Positions 25,755 to 42,219 of a stretch of DNA of 64,000 nt are shown piece after piece; position 1 is the first letter of the stretch; each line of letters opens with the position of its first letter. The translations under genes were made by a program, and so were the position numbers. Under the pieces are notes generated by a model. That model worked only from the letters and a program-made list of their open reading frames with translations. It ran no database searches and had not been told where the DNA came from. This DNA is from Azolla caroliniana (Eukaryota; Plantae; Polypodiophyta): positions 9,424,001 through 9,488,000 of the forward strand of contig JBHGNT010000020.1 of assembly GCA_043228905.1 (NCBI GenBank), read 5' to 3'.

Positions 25755-28700
25755 ATGGGGACTGATTACTACAATGTTCTCAAAGTGAGTCGGAGCGTTT
25801 CTGAAGAAGACCTACGGAAAGCTTACCGACGGTTAGCTATGAAATGGCATCCTGACAAGAACCCAGATAACAAGAAAGAAGCCGAAGCTAAATTTAAGAA
25901 GATCTCTGAAGCTTATGAGGTATTTTTCTCTGTCGTCATATAGCACTGTAGAATATTTCTGAATCTTATGAGATATTTCCCTCTATATGTACTCTCTCTG
26001 CCTATCTTTTTTTAATAAAATTTACGAAGAATTATGAGGCTTAAGGGGTATTTTCTCTATTCTCTTTCTCTCTATTGTATCGATATATCGTTATCTTATA
26101 TTCTCCACTATCATCATACGTTTTCCTTCTGTTTTTGTACCTCCAACACTTGTTGCAAAAATGTTAAATTTATCCCTGGTTAGGGGGGAGATCTGCAGAA
26201 GTCTCACTTTAAATTTCATTTTCTTAAGAAAGATCTAAGATTTCATGGGATTAAATTTATCCACCTTAATCAAACATGTCACATTACATCATTGTGCAGG
26301 TCGTATGTCTGGTTAATGTTTATATATACATGTATATAACATGTTATCAATAAGGCCTGTTTAATCTTAATAAGTCTGTTAGATCTAATTCATGTATCAA
26401 TAAAACAAATGATTCATGAGTTTCATTAGTGATTTTCATAGGAATTAGATCTAACAGACTTCATAAGATTAAGCTGGCCATATTGATAACATGTTACTCT
26501 ATATGGATTAAAATCATATCATACCTTTAGTCCATGGATGGCCATTGTTTCTTTTCATAAGAAAGAGATCTAACAGATTTCATTAAACTAAAGTTGCCCC
26601 ATCTTGAGACCATACCACATTGCATGGTGATATGGTTCATATCATACAAATGATTCATGAATGCCATTATAATAAAGAGATTTAGGCAGGACTTTCCCCA
26701 CCTTGATAGCATGCTACATTACATGAAGATATGGGTCATGTGACTGTATGATATGTATCAGCTGTTGGAACTATATGATACAACTTCTTCATGAGTACCA
26801 TTGCTGCTTTCGCAAGACAGAGATCTAACAGATTTCTTTTGGTTAAGCTTTTTTTCATCTTTCATAACATGCTACATTTCATAGTGATATGGGTCATGCT
26901 ATCTACATGCTATTAGGATCACATTGTACAAATGATTCATGGTGTCAATAATGATGCACTGGTATTTCAATCAATATTGTCGATTGTGATCAAACCTAGC
27001 AATGATATTTTCGGCATATTAGAAAATCATTGTATACAGCTCTATGATTTCTACAAGCATCTCATACTATATCATGCATTTGATGTGTGATGAATTGTAA
27101 ACATCTTCAATCATAACTCGTTGATTGTTAGAAATATGAATTTTACATGTCATTAGCATTATATCATACAAATGTTTCAAGACTCATTGTGCATATCAGA
27201 GCATTACAAGAGTGCATTTTGCATAGCTTGATTCACATCTCATTGATTATGCCAGAACTTAATAATAATATGTTGGCTATCTTTATTCATATCATCCATT
27301 GTGACAGAGCATACCAATGATGCGTTGGGCATACTAGAGGATAACAATGATGCATTGAGCATACTAGAACATAACTATGATGCATTGGGCATACGAACAT
27401 ACTAGAACAAAAAATGAGACATTGGGTGTTTCAATTCCTATATTTGATTGTGTAAGAAGCTCTCAATTCTCATTCCTAAACTAAGCATATGCCTTTCTAT
27501 TTTTCAGGTTTTGAGCGATCCAGAGAAACGCTCAGTGTATGATAGGTTTGGTGAAGAAGGCTTAAAAGATATGGCAATAGGTGGCAATGGTGGAGGGAAT
27601 TCAAATGGGAATGCCTCTAAATCTTCACACAAGTTCAATCCAAGAAAAGCAGAGGATCTTTTCTCAGAAATGTTTGGTTCCAGTCCATTTACTAACATGA
27701 ATAGTACTTCTTTTAGCCGATCTAAGAGTGCACGAGCTCCTTTGAGTGAAGAATTTCACAACAACTTTGCTGAAGGAAGCACCAGTGGCCTCAGAAAAGC
27801 ACCACCTCATGAGATGAAGCTTCCTTGCACCCTAGAGGAGCTTTATAATGGAGCTGTACGGAAAATGAAAATATCACGGAATGTATTGAATGCCGAAGGG
27901 TTAGTACATGGTCACTCATAACTCATTTAATTGGAGAATGATAATGGTTTTGTGATAATTATCTTGTTGACATTCTGATAGGAGCTTGCAGTAAATGGGT
28001 GACCCGTCAGTGTGAACATAGAAAATTGATATTTAAGCATTGATAATTTGTGCTGTCTCATTGATTCGTTTTTTGCATATATCTTGTAAGTTGTGGAAAA
28101 CACAAAAGATATATGAAAATCGAATTGATGGCACAAGATATACACAAAATGTAACCTAAAGATGCACTTATGAAATGGTGTTCACACTGGCTGATCATTC
28201 ATTTACTAGTTTGTTCTCCACACCTCATCTTGTGTGATGCCCTCATTTTGCATATATATCCTGTGTGACCACAGGTGTATATGCAAAATGAGGAGATCAC
28301 ACAACATTTGTATGAAATGATGTAGTGAGCCCTATAGACGTTCACTTTCAAACAAGATTATGTAATGTGTGGTCACACAAGCTGCATGCAAAATGAGGGG
28401 ATCATATACGATATTAATAAAATGAAGTAGTGTACCCTATTTATATATTCACTTACAAGCCAAGTACCAGTGTTTACTACTGGTGTCTGTGGACATAATT
28501 TATGATTTGACAGTAGTTATCTTGTACTATACATTTCACCAGCTCATTTTACAGATATCTTGTACTATATACATACAATATGAGGTAGTGAGCTTATTTA
28601 TGGATCCTTACTATGTTATTTTGCTTAGATGACCACTTTATCACCTAAATTTGCATGTATTACTTCATATCACCTCCAATTTTGTTCTATATATATCTTG

Positions 28701-29331
28701 TACAGTTGAAGTACAAAATGAAGGTAGTGAGTTCTATTCATACAGATGCGGGCTTATGAAGTGGTCATATTCGCACTTACTGGTTGCTTAAGTAACATAT
28801 GTTTTATGCACAAGTGATTAGATTCTATGTAATTTACGTTATGATGCCTTTGTTCACAGGAAGACAAACATGATCGAAGAACTACTTAGCATAAATGTGA
28901 AGCCAGGCTGGAAGAAGGGTACAAAAGTGACATTTCCTGAGAAAGGAAATGAACAGCCAGGTCTCATCCCTGCCGATTTGATCTTTGTGATTGATGAAAA
29001 ACCACATGAGGTTTTTAAAAGAGATGGAAATGACCTTGTGATGCATAAAAAGATATCTCTTGCCGATGCTTTGGGTGGTCTCACATTATCTGTCCCTTTG
29101 CTCGATGGAAGAACACTTAGTGTTCCATTGGTAACCGAAATCATCTATCCGGGATTTGAGAAGGTCATCTCAAAAGAAGGAATGCCGATTGCAAAAGAGC
29201 ATGGGAAGAAAGGGAAGCTTAGGATCAAATTTGACGTCAAATTTCCTTCTCGGCTATCTGTGGAACAACGTTCTAGCATCAAGAAAATCTTGAATGGCAA
29301 TCTTACTACTAATAATAATGCTGATGAATAA
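25755..29331 (+). CDS. Class B (type II) DnaJ/Hsp40; exons 25755-25919, 27508-27899 and 28860-29331
   Basis: J-domain with HPD (WHPDKN), a G/F-rich linker, and C-terminal motifs LPCTLEELY and [13 protein letters not shown]. No CxxCxGxG repeats. GT-AG introns join in frame. Confidence 0.95.
27305..27410. repeat. ~31-bp intronic tandem repeat
   Basis: ATGATGC(G/A)TTG(G/A)GCATACTAGA repeated about three times. Confidence 0.7.
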
Positions 29332-29761
29332 AGTTTCACCATGTAAGAATCTTAATAGTAATGCCTTATCAGAAAGAATGATGGTTGGGCATGCTGATTA
29401 GTGGTAATGTGCGCTGGGTATGTGTATGTGGTTTTGGTGCATGAGTTGAAGCACTTGGGGCCATAAAAAATACAGACTGGGCCATCTTTACCATAATGTT
29501 TGTATAATGTACATGTTCTTTGAGATATGAAATGAATGAAATGTGACACTAATGACTCCAAAAGACATTGATCATCTGAGACATGGTGCATGGGCTAGAA
29601 CATAGAGAAAAGTGTATTGGTCACTGTTACAAATTGAAGCAACCCATTATCCTCCAGAAAGAGACTTACTCTACTAGAGGCTAGAACGCATAGCTTACTC
29701 GCCATATTCTTATGACAATGTATAACTTGGCAGAATCTAGTATTAACTATTGGATTGCCTT

Positions 29762-32300
29762 TAGGAATTGGTAACGGTTCGGTTTAGCCTAACTGGTTTG
29801 GGGTTTTAAACCTGAATCAAACTGATCCCTAAACCAGTTTAGGCTAAACTGGTTCCAAACCGGTTTGGGACTAAACTGCACTAGGTCAAATTACAACTAA
29901 TATAAAGCTTCATAATTACCTTGAACTTCTTTTGTGCTGTAGAAGAAAATCTAATTACTATTCCAATTTTAGCCTCTGCCTCAGAGATTTTTGTTTCAAA
30001 AAAGTGTGCTCCAAAGTTCCTGTTTCTCTACCTATCATTGCCTCTGCACCTGTAACATCCAAAACCAAACAAAATCTAAGCAGAGATACCAATAAAATCT
30101 CGACATATTTCATTTCATTCATATATTTAATTGAAAATCAGTCCATCAGTCCACATCTTCAGAAAATTATAAATGTAGGATGGTCACAAGACTTTGTAAA
30201 CACCTGGATTCCATCTAAATATGTTGTATACACCAATGCTATATTGATACATAAGAGCCAGGCTATGACAATGGTGGCAAATATAATGCCAACTTAGAGA
30301 AAAACAATGAGAAAACATAAAAAGAGAAAAACAAGACATATGTCTCTTAGTTTATGAAAAAGGAGAAATATATCAATGTCAACTATTCCAAAAATACAAG
30401 TCATCAATTGTTCAAGTCGGTTTGTATTCCAAAAAAAGTCACTTGTCCAAAGTACAAATATTCAATAACATCATAGTCTACCATCATCTCTTCTAAATTG
30501 ATTTCTAAACAAATATATGCATCATTAATATCTTCAGGAACCAGAATATTTACACTATCAAGTAGATCTAACCAAGATCGCATGCACATCTCTGCCTTGA
30601 AAGTGCATGAATACAACTGTTGCCTATCTTCAAAGTTATCACGAGCTTCGGAGTTGGCTTCCCCTAAAGGCACCGATGAAGCTGGAATTGGCAAATAATC
30701 GCATGCCATTTTGTACATCATTGGAAAAGTGGATCTGCTTTAGATCATCAAAAAAGATAATATCAAAATGTGTTTATTAATTACCAACAATAACGACAAA
30801 TTTGTTTAATACAACATGATGCAATATAGCTTGAAACTTGTTGGTAAACCATCAATGTAGAGGGTCTACGGTAGTCTTCACTCTAGGAAGCTTCAAGAAA
30901 TCATCAATTTCTGATTGGGCTGATGATTCATGAGATTTCTCATTGTTGATACCCCAAAATTCTAAATATTCAAACTGAGATCCTTCACATGCACCTTCGG
31001 ATAGAGAATCTTTGACATTAGGATCATAATATTGGGTTGTTAATACACTTTACACCAATTCTATATCTAGCTCTCACTCAATTGGATTGGCTGGTTTTGG
31101 AACTCTACATCCTAACAGAAGACACTATTAGTAAGAAAGAAAGAGTAAAAATGGGAAATTTTCAATTAAAAAACATTACCAAGGGTCAACAAGCATTGTG
31201 ATTTGAGATGGAATAGATTTCAGGGATTCTTTGTACTTGATTAGATATTGTAAGCATTTGATGCTAGCCTCCTGTTGCACTTGAAGTTCTCGAAGGGTGA
31301 ATCAACCGAGGTCATATCCATAGAAATATATTTATTACAATGTGATAGATTATAATAAGTTGTTGAATGCAAGCACTACTATTGAGAGGGTAGGGTACTT
31401 TGACCCACTCACATAATTACAAATTTTAGCGGGCACATGCAACCATTGTTCCATACTTTGTATATGACTCCACTCTTCTTTGGAGAGTGTATAGTCAACA
31501 AACTCATAAGCAATGCCCTTGTCACTTGTGATACAAATCAAGACATCTCTTAACTTTGGGGATTGTTGATAAATTATTAGAGTTGAATTCCATCTAGTAA
31601 TGCAATCTAGACATGGTAGTTCTTGCTCCCCATTCTCATGCATGGTTTTTGAATATTTTTTAAATATAGCTCTACTCACTTTAGTTGTGCGTATAGAATG
31701 TAATGTCTTCCTTAAGTTCATAGTAGAAGGAGTAATAACTTCTAATGTAGACTTTACACCAAACTGATATCTATGCACCATGCATCTTAACATATGTGAT
31801 GATTGTAAAATGTCTTGTCCAAATGACTAAGTAATAGCTTAGCTAATTCTTTTGATGCAACTAGAGATTCACTAGCACCATAAGAAGTTATAGGTAGAAG
31901 ACGTGAAGAGATACTAAATGATTTTAGGCACAAGAATAAAGTTTTTCCAACACTTTTTTCTACCCCATCTCTCAGAAAGACATCTAGAAAGTCTAAAAGC
32001 ACATTGGTCGGCTTACTAGACTCCAAAGAGACCCAATGTAAAGTCATGGGATATAATAAATGCTTGGTAATAGAACTTGTAGATGTAGAGCTTGACCATA
32101 ACAAGTAACAATAAGCACATCGACGTTTAGATGCATCTCCATGTGGTTGTGACATACTATTAATATTATGCTTATCTAATAAATGCTTGGCAATAGAACC
32201 CGTAGACATAGAGAATGACCATAACGAGTGACAATAAGCACATCGACGATAAGATGCATCTCCGTCCTTAATGGAGAGCATGTGTTGCTCGGTCCATGAA
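29762..32300 (-). mobile_element. Decayed hAT DNA transposon (transposase pseudogene; only one terminus located)
   Basis: BED-finger CAYC...KHL (present twice), catalytic-region motifs RCMVH and DCITRWNST, SGSKYPTLS, and dimerisation motif MACDYLPIPASSVP. Terminus TAGGAATTGGTAACGG at 29762. Likely intron at 31112-31179. Confidence 0.8.
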
Positions 32301-33472
32301 TTTTTTTCTTGCCTTTGTTTTGAATCTAGGGACTAATACTAATATAGCGTAACTCCACGACAACAAAGTACAATAAGATGTGATTGCATGTGTCTATCGC
32401 AATATGTTAGGTTTACCCGACCGCCATTATATTCAAATTCGCTATTATTCACTTGGATGTGAGGGCCTCTACTACGCATATGGTTCAACGTTCATCATAA
32501 GCAAATCATCAACGATCATCTCAAACTATGATTCACATTCCATTTCTTTACCAATTTGCATGCACAACTAGAAGAGTTAAGGATAATCAAACCAAGGATT
32601 ATCAAACGAGTCACTGCTTCAGGAAAACTTATCAATAGCTCATAGTTTCAGCAAATGATTCCTTTATATTTCCAAAGCTATGAAATTGATAGGATGTATT
32701 GCCTTGATACTGGAATTATGCATTAATATGCATGAGTTTGTGATTATTTGATATAAATCTTAGATAGCATAGCCAAATACTTAGAACATGGTAATGTTAT
32801 GCTGCCATCTAGGTCACCCTTTTGTCAATGTTTCATCCTATCAAAGCTTGAGTTCTTTAGAACAATACAGGATGATTTTGTCATTAGGAAACTCACGGTT
32901 GATCATTGGCTATTCAACTTAAGTGGAATAGGCAATAAATTTTCCATTACTACCCTGGGCAAAGTTCTTCTGCTATATGTACAAGGAAAGGTTATTACTA
33001 CAAATTTTTCACTGAATAGCCGGAGCCAAGAACAATTGTGTATACAAACACAATCAATTTTCCGGATGAAATTAAAGCCCTGAATTAATCATATTAATTT
33101 CATGGCATGTATACAGCAAAGCGATTCATGAAAGCATTTGTTTACCAGGAGAGACAAATGCATGTCTCACATCCATTACATATAGAATAATCAGTAGTGT
33201 AAACTGAAGAATAATTCAATACACTCTGAAAAATCCATTACAACAAAAATAATTCAGGAAAAGACAACTCAAATCTCGCCAATTGACTAATAGTAGTTTC
33301 ATTGAATTAATCAAACTCGATATTGATAATAACATAGCTGGATTTCCATTACTCGTTTAACAAAACCATAACTCAGTATCAGCAACATAACAAACTACTG
33401 TTTGAATTAACAAAACTCAGTATCAACATAACAAATACATAATCTGCAAGTTGTGTATGCTGATAACATAAT

Positions 33473-36854
<3,382 letters not shown>

Positions 36855-37087
36855 GATGTAGACTCCGATGGTTCGAGCAGCTCGAGCTCACGGCCGACAG
36901 ACAGACAGACAGACAGACAAAGATCCTGCAAAACCCTAATTTTCTTAGGCGTTTCCGCTTGAAGAGTGGGTTTGATTGGTTAACAATTTGCTTCGGTCTT
37001 TTGGAGCCCTAACATTCGGCTGGTTTGGGTGGGGGACGAAGTATGGTTTAAGTTTGGTTTGGTTGCTTGCTTTGGGGACAAAATTTC

Positions 37088-37480
37088 CCCCGAGCCTCCG
37101 AGGTTCGGGACACGTTTACTTTTACATCCCCCCATCGAGTCTCGGGGCGTGGCTCTCGCTCGCCCGTCGCCGAGCCTCGGAGGTTCGGAACACATTTTCT
37201 TTTTACTTCCCTCCTCCTAGTCTCGCGTGTATGTTGTAGGCTCCGAGGGCTCGGGGAATCCAGTTCTCTCGCTTGCTCATCGCCGAACCTCAGAGGTTCG
37301 GCATAAGTTTTCTTTTACTTCTCCCCGCTGGGTCTCGCAGCCTAGCTCTTCATCACCCGTCGCCAAACTTCATAGGTTCGGGACACGTTTTCTTTTACTT
37401 TTCCCCGTTGAGTCTCAGAGCATGGCTCTCGCTCGCCCATCACCGATCCTTGAAGGTTCGGGACACATTGTGTTTTACTA
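37088..37480. repeat. ~80-bp degenerate tandem repeat (~5 copies), each with an internal palindrome
   Basis: CCGA(G/A)CCTC-N-GAGGTTCGG...TTTTACT units at ~37090, 37170, 37283, 37362 and 37443. Confidence 0.75.
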
Positions 37481-37734
37481 TCTCCCCCTTTCTTCATCTA
37501 CATTTACATGATTGATTTGGGAAGAACTTGACTGCTCAATGTTATTTCCCTAGAAATTGAGAGAACCCAAGTTTGATCCTCGTCGTGGCCTAGGCCATGT
37601 CTCATAGACTACAATTAAACTCTTGTGGATATTGAAAAGGATATCTATTTATCTATCATTGTGTCTGGAAAAGATTCCGTTCAAATCATAGAAAGCCCAT
37701 ATAATGTGGCACTTGGGATCACATTTATACATCT

Positions 37735-40700
37735 TGTTGAGAATCAAGCTCAACCTAGTCTAGTGTGTGAACACACCTTTTGAGAATCTATGAGCACTCA
37801 AAGGTCAACGGTCACCACTACTTTCCACACATTAACTATGTGTTATAGAATCATATTCTATGACACATAACTAATGAGTTTCTACATTCCCCAAGGTTCT
37901 AGAGAGAGTGTGCATTTTAGTGAGAGAATGCAGAGAGGGTGACCTTATATATGTAAAGCACCCTCCTCCTACTTTGTAAAGTGTCGGTTAATCTCCTCTG
38001 TAATTTTCATTTTGTTGTTGTTCTCCACTTCCTAATACATACATCTTCTTGAGTATTTCATTTTTCCTATCTATCTATCTTGTGTTTCTCTCCTCTCCTC
38101 TCCTCTCCTCTTTACACACACACACACAACACAAATCCTTAATCTATTCTATTGCATAAAATCACACTCGATTCTTTACATGGTATCAAAGCAATTTGGT
38201 AGCTCGATCTAGCCCATCCTCGTGTGTTGTGTCTACTGTGATGATTCAAGAAAATCTACCTCATCGTTATCGTAGTGTCCCTACATAGCTCTTGTCCAAG
38301 AGAGAAGAAGAAGGAAGAAATATACATCGACCACCATGAATACTCAAATGGGCAGCTCTCTTCCCACCAAGAAGTTGGACCGAAACAACTTTGCATCTTG
38401 GGAGTACAAAATGCACCAATACCTTGTCGATCAAGGTTATTGGAGCTACATCAAAGGAGCACAAGAACATAAACCTGACCCAGCAGATCCCGAATACTCA
38501 ACATGGGAGCAAGACGCAAGTCGAGTGATGTATTGCTTGGCGACATGTGTCCATGACCACATGCTTGGCTACATTCAGGAAGCCAAGATGCTGAAAGAAG
38601 TTTGGGAGAGTCTCAAGAAGATATTCGCCGCGAATACAACGACACGAAAACTTCAACTCCGCTAAGAGTTTAACAATATCCAACAAAGGGATATGTCCAT
38701 CACAAGCTACACTTTGAAGATCAAGGAGCTTTGTGACTCACTCGGCTCAATAAGCGTCAACGTGGTGGATGATGAGATGGTGCAAATATGCCTAGGCGGC
38801 CTCACACCATGGTTCAACGCGATGAGAACCGTCATCCTAGCAAGGGAAAATCCTCCCTCTTTCTTTAATCTTCAATCAAATTCAATGGTATTGGTTGAAG
38901 AAGACCATGTTCGAACCAAGAGCAATACCTCGGAAGGTCACATTCTCTACGCACACTCGGATGGAGGAAGAGGACCCAATCGAGCAAGAGAGAGGCTAAT
39001 TCGGCCAAGGACGAGGTCCGGCCTATGAAAGCAACTCAACTTCGGCAAGAAAACGAAAACAACCAAAGACCATTAAGAAGAAAGGGGAGCTTCCATGCCA
39101 GTTCAAGTTGACAAAACAACTCAATCGAATGCGGATATTGGGGTAAAATCGGCCACCATGAAGAAGAGTGCCGAAAGAAGAAGCGTAAGTCGGCTTCCAC
39201 AAGCCGACAACTCACCAATTACGCGACCAACTCCGAATATGACGACCATGGCGGAATGTTCGTGATGAGAGATAGAGTAACCTTTATGTCAGCTTCTACT
39301 TCGACTAGTGCCTCCAGTCCGGAAGATATATGGTTCGTTGACTCCAGTGCCTCGAACCATATGACGTCTCATCAAGAATGGTTCTAAGACCTTTGAGAGT
39401 CGGATTGACCCAGCTATGTTGAGATACCACTCATCCGATTCAACACATTGGCAATGTCCCATTCGACAAAGAAGGCAACTTAAACATACATTAAGAATGT
39501 ATTGCATGTACCAACTATCATGAAGAATTTGGTCTCAGTTGGCCAAATTGTGGAGCAAGGGATGCAAATTCGTTTCAACCATGCAAGTTGCTTCATTGAG
39601 AAAGAGGGTCGACTCATCGCTCGTAGACGAAGAGAGGACCGAATGTTCATTCTCGATTCACACGAGATGAAATCAGCTAGGTTTGCAAAAGGCACGAAAG
39701 CCGATACAGACATAGTCTAGCTATCACACAAAAGAATCAACCCACATCAATCTCAACAAACTCAAGGCAATGCAATAAAAAGGAGTCGTCATCGGGCTCC
39801 TGACCTTCAAAGAGAAAGAGATTGAAGGTGTATTTGAAGCTTGCCAATTTGGCAAACAACATCGATACCCATTTCCAAAAAAGAGGAACATAAGCAAAGG
39901 GCTTTTGGATGTAATTATTCTGATGTATGGGGACTGGCTCAAACAACTACATTTGACGGATGCCGATATTACGTGACCTTCATCGACGACTACTCCAGGC
40001 ACATTTGGATCTATCCAATGCGTCACAAGAATGAAGTGTTCATACACTTCCAAAAGTTTAAATGCGAAGTCGAAAAGGAAACCAGCTTACATGTCTGGTG
40101 CCTTTGATTAGACGGAGGAAAAGAGTATTTCTCCAATGAAATTTCAGCCTTCCTTCGCAAAGAAGGAATTCGGCGAGAATTTTCGTGTCGACATACACCA
40201 CAACAAAATAGAGTAGTCAAACGAAAGAACTGGCACATCCTCGAAGTAGCAAGGGCCATGCTAAACGAGAAGCACATGCCAAAGTCATATTGGGGGGAAG
40301 CAACATGCACAACCGTCTACCTAATGAACCGGTGTACGACATCCTGTGTGCATGAGATTACCCCTCACAAGAAGTACTATGGAAAGAAACCGGATCTATC
40401 CCATGTAAGGATATTTGGATCAATTGCATACGTGCACATTCCCGATGAGAAGCGGTAGAAGCTAGATCCCAAGTCGGAGACGTGTATCCTCGTAGGATAT
40501 TCACTGGAGCAAAATGGGTACAAATGCTTCAACCCCTCTACTTTGAAGGTTCGCATATGTCGGGACATAGTCTTTGACGAATTGTCATCTTGGTACAAAC
40601 TTGAGCCGACTCAACCCAAACCATTTCAAGTCGACCTTGATGACATAGAGGACAATGATCAACTTAGGTCAATACATGAGGAGAATTCGACCTCAACCAG

Positions 40701-40808
40701 ATTGAGCGGACCTCAAGAGCCTCTGAGCGACCGAAGCACGTATCAGCTGAGTCCGAAGATGGACAAAGGGAAGTCCAAAATGCAGAGTATGAAGATGATC
40801 AATCTAAC
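37735..40808 (+). mobile_element. Ty1/Copia 5' part (LTR 37735-38180, PBS, gag-protease-integrase pseudogene), cut off by the next Copia
   Basis: PBS TGGTATCAAAGC at 38181. gag MNTQMGSSLPTKKLDRNNF, protease WFVDSSAS and integrase YYVTFIDDYSR, with stops. Confidence 0.88.
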
Positions 40809-40990
40809 TGTTGAGAATCAAACTCAACTTCCCATAGATAGGTTTCACACTAGCTCATGGACATTCCAGGCTAGTTTTGTAAATAGTAGTAAGGGCGCTT
40901 GCCCTAGCTTAGTTGGTATATAAACCAACTCATTGTAACTTAGTTAATGATGGATGTATGTTGTTTCGTTAACATAATATACGTTTTTGG

Positions 40991-41035
<45 letters not shown>

Positions 41036-42219
41036 CTGTTGCACATACACACACCTACGTTCACCTTCCGCTGCATTGCAATCACCATAGACTCCATTTC
41101 CTAACATGGTATTAGAGCGTGTGATTGCTTGATCAAGCATTTTCGACTGTGTTGTGCTGCACGACGACGATTAATAGAACCGGCCCATCGACAAAGAGGA
41201 AATCACCATGAATACTCAAATGGGAAGCGCTCTTCCTACCGAGAAGCTCGACAGAACGAACTTTGCATCTTGGGAATACAAGATGCATCAATATCTTGTC
41301 GGACAAGGCTACTGGAGCTACATCAAAGGAGCTCACGAATCACACCCCAACCCAACACACACCGACTATCCCTCTTGGGAGCAGGCCGCAAGCCGCTGTT
41401 GTATTGTCTAGCATCATGCGTTCATGATCATATGGCTACATTTGAGAGGCAAAAAAGCCGAAGCAGGCGCGGGAAAATCTCAAAAAGATTTTTGCAGCCA
41501 ACACGGTGTCGTGTTACTACGCTTTCGCGTGTGAAACGAGATGGGACCGCGGGGGCCCTGAACCAAGGAACGTGAGAGAGAGAAAAAGAGAGACTGTTGA
41601 AACATAGAGAAAGAGAGAGAGACAAACAGAAGATTTGATTATAATGCCAAACGATTACAACCGGCAAGCCGGCGACAAACCCAGCTCGGGGTTCCACGCA
41701 CACACACAGATGTCACACGCCAAACACAGAAACGCGAAGGGAGAGCCTCTACTGGAAGCGCACGGGCTGTCCACGAAACAGAGGCAACGATCTCCAAAAC
41801 CCGTAGAGAACGACAATCGAAGGAGGAGAGAGAGAGCTCGGTACACAACCCGATAGCACTTCGTCCTCGCTAACGCCTGATAACCTATTCTTCCTTCTCT
41901 TATTTCTTATATAGGTCGTTGGGGAGAGACCCCTCTCCTTCAGTCACAATCACCTTCCTTTTTCTCTGTCCCTTTGGACAGAGATACGCATTGATTTCCT
42001 AATAAATATGTCACACCTAGTATATGCACATCAGCCGCCCTACACATAATTATGTACAAGTTATCAATTCACACGCCCACACATGGAAGGGCCGGTTTGT
42101 GCACGGTTTCTCTCGTTTCCTCCTAGGGACGGTTTTCTCCACGACATCCACCCCCACCAAACTGCACGTCCACCGGTATGCACAAGATACAACACTGGTC
42201 GGAGAAAACCGGCCCGCCT

